Positions 19,051 to 28,655 of a stretch of DNA of 64,000 nt are shown here, in pieces; the stretch's first letter is position 1; the number at the start of each line of letters is the position of its first letter. Source of the stretch: Candidatus Marinacidobacterales bacterium (GTDB lineage Bacteria; Acidobacteriota; Vicinamibacteria; Marinacidobacterales; SMYC01); assembly GCA_965224085.1 (NCBI GenBank), contig CBDCYI010000005.1, positions 192,001 through 256,000 on the forward strand. The letters are read 5' to 3'. The notes below the pieces were generated by a model. The model was not told where the DNA came from and searched no databases. It saw only the letters and a program-made list of their open reading frames with translations. The translations under genes were made by a program, and so were the position numbers.

Positions 19051-21180
19051 CTATCGAATGTAGCCTAGCGCCCTCAGCTGACGCTCTAGCTCAGGGTCGA
19101 GGGGCGCTTTGGTCCTCTCGATAGGAGCGCGAAGGTACCAGAGCCTCGCCTGTGCCCCGGTTGCTTTCAGCAGCTCGGTTGCTTCCTCCAATGAAACGTG
19201 AGTGCCAACCGGATCTGCTTGAAAGGGCATCCTCCCGGGGTGAGCTCCATTACCTCCCAACTCGATCTCTTCCGTGCTCAAGGGCTGACCCTCCACCGAC
19301 AAGCGAAAGCTGACCGGGGCTCCGACCGGCTCGGTGCCAAGTGCTAAATGCCGGCGGAACTCGCCGGCCCGGAACCGGTAATCAAGTCTCTTACTATCTG
19401 GGGAAAGCTCCAACGTCTCTTCGAGAGCAATCGAGAACCTCCGGACACTGGCAAACGTGGCGTCGGTCCATGCCTCTACATGAACCCAGCTCTCAGGATA
19501 GGGATGAGAGACGGAGAGGTGATAGCCGTGTTGTCCGGTTTGCACGTAATTCAATAGATCTTCCCTCAACTCCCGAGCCGACATCGGGTGAGAAGAAAGA
19601 ATGTTTCGTTGCTCTTCCGGATCCTGTTCCAAATCAAATAGCAGCTCTTCGGGTTGGGGGATCAATCGGTAGATGTACTTGAAGCGCCTATCTCGAGCCG
19701 CGTACAGCACATCCTTCGAAGAGAGCTGCTCGGCGTAGAGTCTCTGACGCTGCGGGCTGTCTCCTCCATCGAAAAAGGGCTGCCAGCTCGAGCCCTGGAA
19801 GCTTTCCGGCTGGGGGATACCGGCATAGGCGAGAAGGGTAGGAGCGATGTCGATGTTGCCGGCCGGCTGATCGACCCTCAAACCTTTGTGACGAGACCCG
19901 GGGAGCTTGAGGATCCAGGGGATATGAATGGCCGGCTCGAACAATGTGTGTCCGTGACGGTAGTAGCCATGTTCACCGAACTCTTCTCCATGGTCGGCAG
20001 TCAACACGATGACGGTGTCGTCGTATAGGCCGAGTCGCATGAGGGCCGCGAGGAGATTTCCGACCTCACGATCGTTGTACGCGATCTCGTTGTCGTAGAG
20101 ATCCTTCTCCTGATCTAAACCTTGCCTATCCGGGCTTAGGAACAGATCATCAAACGGCGGGCGCGGCAAATAATCATAGTGGACGTCCAAGGAGTGCAGA
20201 TAAAGGAAAAATCGGCGGTTCCGGTTCTGGTCCAACCACGGCACCACTCCACGAGTGATGTCGGCGGCGTCCGGTTGAAGCAGGATCATGTTCTTACCAG
20301 GGGGTGGTTCCACCAAAGCAACCACTCGATCGAATCCGCGGGTGAGACCGAAAGAGCGGGCATGCACCATGGGATTAGCCAGCCAGGCGGACGTGGCATA
20401 ACCCCGCGCGCGGAAAAGCTCCGCCAAGGTAGGCACTAGGGAGTCCAAGACATCGTCCAGGGTCCGGGCTCCATGGTAGGGGGGATAGAGCGAGGTGAAG
20501 AGACAGCCGGTGGAAGGCTTGGTCCAGGAGGCGCAGGAGTAAGCCGCCTCGAAGATAACACTGTCCTCGGCAAGCTTGTCTATCTCAGGCGTCGTGGGTC
20601 GAGAGTAGCCGTAGGCTCCCACGTGGTCGGCGCGGAGACAATCGACGACGTAGAGGATCACGTTGGGGCGAGACTCCTCTTCTACGATTCCGACGAGCTC
20701 CGGATTGGCAATGGACACGGTGGCAACCGCTCCGTCTAGTGACATCTGGAGGTCGACGTATTTACCCTTGAGGTGGCTCAAGTCGACCTGCCGCTCCACC
20801 CAACCTCGCTCCCGTTGCCACCGCTCCTCGTAGAGGGTTCGCGTGCCTTCGGATTGACGTTGGAGCAAACGAAGTTGCACCGGAGCGCGGGGAGGACGTA
20901 CCGCCAATGCAAAGCGAAAGCTTCCCTGACGCGGCACGATGGCGCGAAACCCGAAAGAAGCCGGAGCAGAGACCACCAAGCTCATGCGTTGATCTCCGGC
21001 GATTTCCACGGGGCGAGTTGTGGGAGGGCCACCGCGATAGACTTTGATACCCCAAGGCTCGTGCGCAAGCCCGGCTTGGCTCTCTTGCGGTTCTATCAGG
21101 CGCAGCGAGCTGCTCAAGGACACCTTCGGTTCCGTACGGCAACCTACAAAGAGTAAGAGAACCGCGGCAAGTAGACCCAG
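19051..21180 (-). CDS. Sulfatase-like hydrolase/transferase, possible lipoprotein (start uncertain)
   Basis: PNVIL..VDCLRADH, SWTKPS, TADHGEE, HG.TLF, DIAPTLL, LRALGY; lipobox-like FVGC. The ORF track extends to 21432 through a REP-like repeat. Confidence 0.82.
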   Translation of the reverse strand: MGLLAAVLLLFVGCRTEPKVSLSSSLRLIEPQESQAGLAHEPWGIKVYRGGPPTTRPVEIAGDQRMSLVVSAPASFGFRAIVPRQGSFRFALAVRPPRAPVQLRLLQRQSEGTRTLYEERWQRERGWVERQVDLSHLKGKYVDLQMSLDGAVATVSIANPELVGIVEEESRPNVILYVVDCLRADHVGAYGYSRPTTPEIDKLAEDSVIFEAAYSCASWTKPSTGCLFTSLYPPYHGARTLDDVLDSLVPTLAELFRARGYATSAWLANPMVHARSFGLTRGFDRVVALVEPPPGKNMILLQPDAADITRGVVPWLDQNRNRRFFLYLHSLDVHYDYLPRPPFDDLFLSPDRQGLDQEKDLYDNEIAYNDREVGNLLAALMRLGLYDDTVIVLTADHGEEFGEHGYYRHGHTLFEPAIHIPWILKLPGSRHKGLRVDQPAGNIDIAPTLLAYAGIPQPESFQGSSWQPFFDGGDSPQRQRLYAEQLSSKDVLYAARDRRFKYIYRLIPQPEELLFDLEQDPEEQRNILSSHPMSARELREDLLNYVQTGQHGYHLSVSHPYPESWVHVEAWTDATFASVRRFSIALEETLELSPDSKRLDYRFRAGEFRRHLALGTEPVGAPVSFRLSVEGQPLSTEEIELGGNGAHPGRMPFQADPVGTHVSLEEATELLKATGAQARLWYLRAPIERTKAPLDPELERQLRALGYIR

Positions 21181-21187
21181 CGCACGA

Positions 21188-21228
21188 TCCCTCTCCCCCT
21201 TTGGGGGGGAGGGTGGGTGTGGGAGAGA
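21188..21228. repeat. REP-like palindrome of the CCCTCTCCC..GGGAGAGGG type
   Basis: CCCTCTCCCCCTTTGGGGGGGAGGGTGGGTGTGGGAGAG resembles a widespread extragenic palindrome family. Confidence 0.45.
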
Positions 21229-22011
21229 CTTCCCTGGATCGAGGGAGTCTTTTGGAGCATGGGTTACGCAAAGCCTTCGGGAGCATTTGGCCTTGGCCTT
21301 TCGCTTAATAGTAGCTTTCGCTGTCGGGGGCTTCAGAGCTAGGAGATCAAAGCGCGGAGCCACAGGGGAAGCCGGTGGTTGCTTCCTGACTACAGCCTGG
21401 AAACCGTCGCACCGTCTAGAGACGATAGACATAATGTATTGAACTGCCGTACCTTGAGAGCGTGGATTATGCTTTCAAGGGTCACGAAGCGTCAAGCCCA
21501 TTTGAAACTCTCCACGGCTCACGAATACACGACGTTGTTCTTCGATACGGGGTGCTTCCGTCATCAACTGTTAGTCAAGCCGCCAGAAGCTCGTCCACGA
21601 TCGGGGCGGTCGGCAGCCGGCGCGGCACGGCGCACGTGATCGCGCAAATGCTTACCAATAAGGATGGCGCCGGACATACGAATATCTGGCGGAAAGTGAC
21701 TCGACGGGTGGCGAGTCCGGCCTGCATTCCCGGAGTCCGGGTCTCACGCGCGAACTTCAGAGCGCGATGCGGGCGGACGAAGCTGTAGTAGCAGCGTAAT
21801 GCCGATTACAGGATTATGCCGCGTAGGCTGACACTTGCTGCCCAAATGGACTCACCATCGGGAGACTCTCATGCTCTCGGTGCTTCACCACGCACTAGCT
21901 GTGCTTTGATTCTCAACGCAATGGACAGCACGGCGATTCCTTGTTCCAGAGTTACGCGTGGCTTATGACCGTGAACGGCAGCTTGGAGGAAATCGTTCAT
22001 ACTGGACACGA

Positions 22012-23338
22012 TTCCCGTGGAAATAAGAATGGCGTAACCTCCGGTTAAGAAAAACCAAACCACGCCTGTAACGGCGAGGAGGAGGATTACGCCATGAAGA
22101 AGCCTACCACCATATCGAAGGAGTCCGTAAGCGAGTACCGGGAGTTCGTCCAACTTCGGCTGCGTAAGCGGGTACTGGAGGCGATCGAGGTTGTGCTCGA
22201 GGAAGAAGTCGACCAAGCGCTGGGGTGTCGTAGCTACGAGCGTGCGGAAGACCGCCGTGGGTATCGCAACGGAGCCGAAACCCGTCGCGTGACGACGTCG
22301 GTGGGAACACGCGAGCTCCGGGTGCCACGAGCCCGCGTGCGAGACGAGGAAACGGGAGAAACGACAGAGTTCAGGAGCGAGCTGTTGCCCCGGTATGCAC
22401 GCCGGACTCGTGAGGTCGACGAGGCGATCTTGGGGACGTACTTGTCGGGCGCGAATAGCCGCCGGATCCGCAAAGCGCTGAAACCGCTGCTCGGTGAGGA
22501 GCACCTATCGAAGAGCGCGGTGTCTCGCGTGGTTAGTCGTCTGAAGGAGTGCTTCGAAGAATGGCAGAACCGTGATCTCAGCGAGGAGGTCTATGCGATC
22601 GTTTACCTGGACGGCTTCCACCTGAAAGTGCGGATGGCGAAGCGTGTGATCAGCGTACCCGTACTGGCCGCGCTCGGGGTCACGCCAGACGGGCAGAAAC
22701 GTCTGTTGTCATTGCGTCTGGCGGTGAGCGAAGCCTCGACGCATTGGGGCTCCATGCTGGAGGGACTCCAGGCTCAAGGACTCCGGGCTCCCAAGCTAGT
22801 GATTAGCGATGGCCACAAGGGGCTGACGAAAGCGCTCGAGAAGTGGCCGGGGTGCCGGGTGCAGCGATGTACCGAGCACAAGCGCGCCAACTTGCTCGAA
22901 CATTGCCCGGCGCACGCACGCCGTGAACTCCGGCGTGACTACAACCGGATCGTCTACGCCAAGAACGGGATCGATGCTCGCAAAGCCTATGGCGAACTCG
23001 TCGCCAAGTGGACGCCTCTCACACCGGCCGTCGTCCGAAGCCTAGAGGAGGCCGGTAATCAGCTGCTGACCTTCTACGAATTCCCTCGTGTCATGTGGAA
23101 ATCGATTCGCACGACCAATGCTCTGGAGAATCTCAACCGCGAGTTTCGACGTCGGACGAAAACCCAAGCGTCGTTCTCCAGCGAGGAGTCCGCGGTCGCT
23201 TTGCTGTTTGGGCTTATCGCCTCTGGCCAGATTCAACTACGGCGCATCGACGGCTACCAAGGTCTGAGCGAGGTTCTCAAACACGCGGAGGTTGCCGCCT
23301 GATCTGATACCCTGATGACGGAGTGGAGGGCGCCGTTC
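22012..23338 (+). mobile_element. IS256-family element, second divergent copy with eroded ends
   Basis: Highly similar to 12917-14285; only part of the left TIR (CCGTGGAAA) remains; right TIR and TSD not seen. Confidence 0.85.
22094..23302 (+). CDS. IS256-family transposase
   Basis: 402 aa, nearly identical to 12981..14189. Confidence 0.93.
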   Translation: MKKPTTISKESVSEYREFVQLRLRKRVLEAIEVVLEEEVDQALGCRSYERAEDRRGYRNGAETRRVTTSVGTRELRVPRARVRDEETGETTEFRSELLPRYARRTREVDEAILGTYLSGANSRRIRKALKPLLGEEHLSKSAVSRVVSRLKECFEEWQNRDLSEEVYAIVYLDGFHLKVRMAKRVISVPVLAALGVTPDGQKRLLSLRLAVSEASTHWGSMLEGLQAQGLRAPKLVISDGHKGLTKALEKWPGCRVQRCTEHKRANLLEHCPAHARRELRRDYNRIVYAKNGIDARKAYGELVAKWTPLTPAVVRSLEEAGNQLLTFYEFPRVMWKSIRTTNALENLNREFRRRTKTQASFSSEESAVALLFGLIASGQIQLRRIDGYQGLSEVLKHAEVAA

Positions 23339-23907
23339 CGATACTGTTCATGGGTAGCAACTCACCAAAAAGCCAATAAAGATAATCGACCTCGTGAATC
23401 AAGGTCAGGATGACTCCGCCTCCCAGCTCGCGCCGCGCCGCGTAACTCTCCCGATAGTCCTCCCAAGGATGCCAGGTGGGTAGAAACTCACCGGTATCGA
23501 CCCGCCCGCTGAGAATGCGACCTGCCGACCCTTGCTCAAGCCAATGCTTGATAGCGATCAGGTTGGGGTGAAAACGAAGCTGACACCCCACCATTGCCAC
23601 CAAGTTCTTACTGCGAACCGTCTCGAGGAGATTGTCCGTTCCGGCAAGAGCCTGCGAAACCGGTTTTTCGACGTCCACGTGCTCGGAAGTGGGGTTACTT
23701 ACCACGACAGCGTCGTATCCGGCTCTCAGTGCGTCATCCAGCTCCACGTGAACGGAGACACCGGAAAGATCGATTGGTTTATGGAGCGCCTTGTTTCGAA
23801 CGCGAAGAGCGCCCAGATGCCGACAGCCCAACTGTCTGAGATTGGCGAGGTGCCTAATGCCGATGGATCCGAGGCCGACAACCAATACTCGGAAGTCACG
23901 CAGAGTC

Positions 23908-24167
23908 TCAGTATTCCTCATGCTGAAGAAAAAAACTCAGCCCATTCCAGACTAAGAGGCTGATCGATGTCAATCACGAACTGCTCTTCCATAACGTAGG
24001 GGAGTATACGCTCCCCGGTCATCGATTTTTTTGACAGGATCGTCTGGACGCGTGTGACATCAACGTAACCATTCTGCCAGTACGCGACGGGAAGCTTCTG
24101 TCGAGGTTGATTGTATGGTTCTCGAACGTCCAGGTCTATTAGGGGCTTGAGGAACGGGGAAGACAGT
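23908..24167 (-). pseudogene. C-terminal fragment of acylneuraminate cytidylyltransferase (NeuA-like)
   Basis: Manual translation PFLKPL..REPYNQPRQKLPVAYWQNGYVDV...IDIDQPLSLEWAE; cut at the TGT end of the neighbouring element. Confidence 0.7.
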
Positions 24168-26600
24168 TGTTACGTTGCAGTACCAATGACGGGCAGGAAG
24201 GGTTTCGTTACAGCGTGAATGTCAGAGGAGCGGGCGTGTGACGCGTTGATCTCTGGCGGCCTCAAGTGAGAGAGTAAGCCCACAGCTTCTGGCGGTGACC
24301 AGGAGCTGTGGGCTTTTCGCATCTAAACCCTGTTTCGCAAACAACAGATGCGATGCCACGAAAGGCAATGCAGTGTGCCACGAAGCGAGCCGAAAAAGCC
24401 AGTATGAAAACGCTGCGCAGCGGCCATTTTTGAGTACCCCCTATTTAGCGGACGAGACGGCCAGGATGTCTCCGTCGGGTCGCATCGATCAATGCCCTTG
24501 GGCATCGGAAGGCGAGTCATGCAAGATTCGCAAACATGATCGGCGTCAACGAAAGAGCGGACCTTCGATAGGGCTGCGGGTCTTGCGCTGCTTGACCCAT
24601 GGACATGATTTCACGGTTTACCCGCCGGGTTACGTTCCGTATGGGCGGCAAGTTCTCGTGCCCGTGGATCTTGGTGGCCATCTACTGAAACAGCTCGAGC
24701 AAGCAGACGGTAGCTTTCGGGGGTGTGAGTTTCGAAGCCGCGGTGGACGCAAGTAACAAAAGGCTTTGGCTTAAAGAACCTCTGGGAGAGTGCCAGCCAG
24801 CGAACTACACCACTCAGCGTCAACGGGTAGAGCGAGCCGGTGGCGTTTTGGGATTAGCCGCTAGGGTTTCGGAGCCGGAGGCTGAGCAGATCCGCGAGCT
24901 TTTGGGTATCGATGGTGTGGAGCATGACCAAGCTCGCCGCATGTATATCGCGGCCCGTGGTCTTCACCAACGCGGAGAGGCGGTGCACAGCGTGCTCCAG
25001 CGGTTACCGGTGAACGAAGGGCTATGGGTTCGTTTGCTGGGCGCTGGGTTTGTGGGTGGTGTCTGGGCGACACCGTGGCTATGGCAGCCGCGGTTGAATC
25101 GTAGGCTCTCTCCGCTTTCTCGCATCGTCCGAGCTGGCCGGCATCCTCCGTAACCCACCCATGAATTGCTCTCTCGATTGCCTTATCGACAATTCACTAC
25201 GCTGTTGAAAATTTATTGAGGCCAGGGAGCAAAAAGCAATGCCACCAGAGTTCAGATTTCCGCTTTCTCCAATAGCTTTATTTCGATACCAGGCGGTCTG
25301 TGCGGTTGAGGCGCGCATTGACGGCGGCGTGAGCTTGATTCACGCTGTCACCGATGTTGCGCAGCGACCTCTCAGGGACCTGTTCGGTCAAACTCGGCGA
25401 GTTTCCGAGCGAAGTCTTTACCGTTGGGTGAAAGCTTACCGAGCAGGAGGGGTTGAGGCACTCGAGAATGAGCCACGACCAAAAATAGCCGACTCCACTG
25501 TTTTGCCCCGGGAGTTCGTCGATTTCATCCGCGTCGAAAAACAAAGAGACACCCTCGCTTCGATTCCCGAGCTGCTCAGACGCGCGCAACGCAAAGGCAT
25601 TGTCGCGGACGATGAATCCATCTCTCGCGTCAGTCTTTGGAGAGCTTGTCGTCGCATGGAGCTTCCTACCGCGCGCCGCAAAAAGGCGGGCGACGACAAA
25701 CGTCGCTTTTCCTATCCCAACCGCATGCTCATGGTGCTCGCCGACGGAAAGCACTTTCGCGCCGGAGTCAATCGTTGCAAGCGCGTCGCCTTGAACTTCC
25801 TCGACGATGCTTGCCGCTTCGGACTCAACTCCATCGTCGGCACCTCGGAGAACGCCGAGCTCTTCCTGCAAGGGCTTTACCAGACCATTCTCAAATACGG
25901 CTTGATGAGCGCCCTCTACCTCGACCGCGGACCCGGATTCATCTCCGCCGACACCCTGCAGGTCGTCGCCCGACTTGGGATTCGGCTGATTCACGGAACC
26001 GCCGCCTATCCCGAAGGACACGGCAAGATCGAGCGCTTCCACCGTACCTTGCTTCAACACTGCGTTCGTGGACTCGACCGAAATCCCGAGATCAACCCCG
26101 AGCCTGCATCGCTATCGCTCAGACTGACTCATTGGACGCGTGATATTTACAACCACACATCACACGAGACCCTTAAGTGCACTCCCGCCGAGAGGTGGTC
26201 ACTCGACTCCCGACCGCTCGACTTTCCCAAGGATCTTCACTGGGTAGAGAACCAGTTCATCCTCAGCTTCGAGCGACGTGTTTCCAAGGACAACATCATC
26301 TCCTATGAAGCAACTCCCTTCGAATTACCTCGAGGCTATGCCGGGCAGCGTCTCATCATTTTTCGAAATTTGCTCACTTCAGATGTTTCCATCATTCACG
26401 ACGGCCGACGCGTCATCCTCCAGCCCGTCGACCCCGTGCGAAACGCCTACGCCAAACGAGGCGCTCGTTCCATAGATAGCCCAAAACCCTCCGCCCCTGT
26501 CCCCACAACTGCCGCAGAGATGGCTTTTGATTCTTCCTTCAAACCCTCGTCGACGACGAGGGCAACTTTCCCGATTCCAAGGACGCGGGGCACCGAACCG
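24168..26600 (+). mobile_element. Mu-like/IS481-related DDE transposon, right part missing
   Basis: Starts TGTTAC at the point where the NeuA-like gene is truncated; hairpin 24276-24318; accessory ORF plus DDE transposase; no right end or AAA partner seen. Confidence 0.6.
24345..25153 (+). pseudogene. Transposon accessory ORF, frameshifted near 24725
   Basis: Two overlapping ORFs (Cys/His-containing N-part with YPPGYVPYGR; helical C-part) directly upstream of the transposase. Confidence 0.45.
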
Positions 26601-26621
26601 CTCTGTCTTCATCGCCACTAG
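25239..26621 (+). CDS. DDE transposase (HTH, integrase core, Mu-transposase C-terminal domain)
   Basis: SERSLYRW HTH; catalytic ADGK, YLDRGPGF, GKIERF; YNH..H..L..TP; RRVSKD. Confidence 0.85.
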   Translation: MPPEFRFPLSPIALFRYQAVCAVEARIDGGVSLIHAVTDVAQRPLRDLFGQTRRVSERSLYRWVKAYRAGGVEALENEPRPKIADSTVLPREFVDFIRVEKQRDTLASIPELLRRAQRKGIVADDESISRVSLWRACRRMELPTARRKKAGDDKRRFSYPNRMLMVLADGKHFRAGVNRCKRVALNFLDDACRFGLNSIVGTSENAELFLQGLYQTILKYGLMSALYLDRGPGFISADTLQVVARLGIRLIHGTAAYPEGHGKIERFHRTLLQHCVRGLDRNPEINPEPASLSLRLTHWTRDIYNHTSHETLKCTPAERWSLDSRPLDFPKDLHWVENQFILSFERRVSKDNIISYEATPFELPRGYAGQRLIIFRNLLTSDVSIIHDGRRVILQPVDPVRNAYAKRGARSIDSPKPSAPVPTTAAEMAFDSSFKPSSTTRATFPIPRTRGTEPLCLHRH

Positions 26622-26842
26622 CAGCATGCGGACATCGGTGGTACGGCTTCGACACCGATCGTCGCCAAGATGTATCATCCTCGCGATATTACCCGCGGGC
26701 TGGTCATGACCGTCGCGGGCTTACTCTCTGACGATCTACGGAGCCTTCCAATACGCGTGGCTGCGGAGATCGTGGGCGGTTAGTTCCTTGCGCGAGTGCG
26801 CCAGCCCTGCGCCGGTGCGTACTCTCGCCAAAGCACTAGTTC

Positions 26843-28526
26843 GTTCCTGTCCAGAAACACCATAACTTGTGGTGTACGAGAGGCCTATCGAAGATGTGGG
26901 TATTATACGTTTTCAGCCGGCACCTCGTAGGCTCGGAAGCGAATGAAAATCTTGGACGAAACGAGAGGCGAATCGTCAGCAATCCATGGCTATAAACGCA
27001 GTAAGAGTAATCATTATTATCGTAATAGGTGCCTTGCCATTACCAACAGGTTGCAGGTGATGATGGAACTCCATACGTAGGATTTGAAAGAAGGCAATGA
27101 GCGCCATGTGCATCGGTCGAGACCAAAGACTCGTTTCAAGAACGAAATGACGCCTTCGATTCCGCAGCGAAATCGCCGTAGGCGTTGATAGACCCAGGAA
27201 CTCTTGACCATATCGGTCACCGCGAAGTGAGCCTTGGTAAAGGCAACATCTTCAACTCCCTTGCCTTTGATGGCTTCCAAGTTTGCCTTTGAAGAAAACG
27301 CGCCATCGTAGGCAACCTGGCGCGGGGCCCGTTCGTAGAGTTCGACTTGACGGTCGATCATGGTTTCCGCGAGAGTTGAATCGGACGGATTCCCATCCAA
27401 GATCACGCAATCCAAAATCATCGAGGACGAGCCACCAGTCAAACACACCTTGTGACCGTAGAGAGTCTCGCGCCGGTCTTTGCGAATAATGTCGGTGTGT
27501 TCTTCGAAGATCGAAACGACCTTTTCCTCCGCAGGCACACGCTCTTCATCAATCACTCTACGCCGAGTTTGGTTGATGACTTTTTCGGTGAGGACGAGAA
27601 AGTGCTTAAAATCCGTGGCGATCTTCTCCGCACTCGCTCGCTTCACCGGCTCGGTCAAGCCGGACTCGTCCAACTGGTCTGCAACGCGTTGAGCGGAGCG
27701 ATAGGTTTCTTCCGACACCTTCAGTAGATCTCGATAGACGCGACGCCTTTGTTCCTTATCCTTCGCGTTTAGAACTCCCAGTCGACGTCTCTTCGCTCGA
27801 CGCGTTCGATTGCCGAAGACCACTACTGTACCCAGCAGTTCGCGAGTTCGGCACATGAGGCGAGTGAGAACTCGGACGCAGTCATAAAGAAGCTCGGAGT
27901 CCGTAGGAGAATGAATATTCGACTCCACTACCGTGCAGTCCACTCGTACTTTTCTTCCTTTTTCGATCGCGGTCTTCTCGGCAACACTCACCAACTCTCG
28001 GTTGATTTTCTCCAGCGTTTCGAACTTCACGGCTTTGATGTTTGCTGCTAGGGTCGACTTCGACGGGCTCGGCTCTATGATGCCGAGCTGGCAAAACGTC
28101 CGATAGCTTCGAGAGTCTGCCAAGTGAAACGCCAGCTCCCGATAGGTGAACTGATTCAGCTGCTTGACCAACAACGCCCGGAGAACCTGCTCCGCGCTCA
28201 TTCCCCCACGACCAACATCGCTCCCTGCCGATGGGGTGACCGACCTCAGGTCTTGCAGTACCAGCTCATTGAGCTTAGGATGGGCATCGAGCAGCGATGA
28301 TATCGTTTCGAGCTCGCGTGCGTGCTCCAGCTCCAGCCAGGGCTCGCGAAGGCTTGGTTGTGGGTTGATCGTTTTTCGCATTTAGGGCTGGTCTCCTTTG
28401 GAGTTAAGTCGTTTAGAATCTGCGTTTTTGTCGACTCGATACTAAACGACACTCCCTCAGAAGGCTAGCCCTAAATTTGCGATTACCCCTTTTTTCTCAA
28501 CCTCTTACACCTGTCAGGACGGGTAC
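26843..28526 (-). mobile_element. ISNCY/IS5-like element copy 1 (1684 bp)
   Basis: Ends GTTCCTGTCCAGA...TCAGGACGGGTAC (imperfect TIR); 6-bp TSD TAGTTC at 26837-26842 and 28527-28532. Confidence 0.9.
27017..28381 (-). CDS. ISNCY-family DDE transposase
   Basis: RVDCTVV, YGHK, YDG.F and R.GIEG.IS.LKR motifs. Confidence 0.9.
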   Translation of the reverse strand: MRKTINPQPSLREPWLELEHARELETISSLLDAHPKLNELVLQDLRSVTPSAGSDVGRGGMSAEQVLRALLVKQLNQFTYRELAFHLADSRSYRTFCQLGIIEPSPSKSTLAANIKAVKFETLEKINRELVSVAEKTAIEKGRKVRVDCTVVESNIHSPTDSELLYDCVRVLTRLMCRTRELLGTVVVFGNRTRRAKRRRLGVLNAKDKEQRRRVYRDLLKVSEETYRSAQRVADQLDESGLTEPVKRASAEKIATDFKHFLVLTEKVINQTRRRVIDEERVPAEEKVVSIFEEHTDIIRKDRRETLYGHKVCLTGGSSSMILDCVILDGNPSDSTLAETMIDRQVELYERAPRQVAYDGAFSSKANLEAIKGKGVEDVAFTKAHFAVTDMVKSSWVYQRLRRFRCGIEGVISFLKRVFGLDRCTWRSLPSFKSYVWSSIITCNLLVMARHLLR

Positions 28527-28655
28527 TAGTTCGTCTCCTGGAGGATTCATGGCTATCAAAGACCGAGAAGGAAAAGGCCGCGCAAGCGAAGGTGGCACAG
28601 AAGAAGAAGCTCGAGCGAGCGCATTGCAGGACCGAGGCGTCAAGGCGGGGGCGTC

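Larger units (their letters stand above)
21869..23921 (-). pseudogene. Gfo/Idh/MocA oxidoreductase disrupted by IS256 with deletions
   Basis: N-part 23921-23340 (GLGSIG.RH, VEKP, RFHP, GGG..L..IHEVD); C-terminal remnant MNDFLQAA...TLEQG at 22000-21869. Confidence 0.75.

Noticed and set aside
21181-21432. N-terminal extension of the sulfatase-like ORF
   Set aside because: It reads through a REP-like palindrome, and the signal-peptide-like segment starts later.
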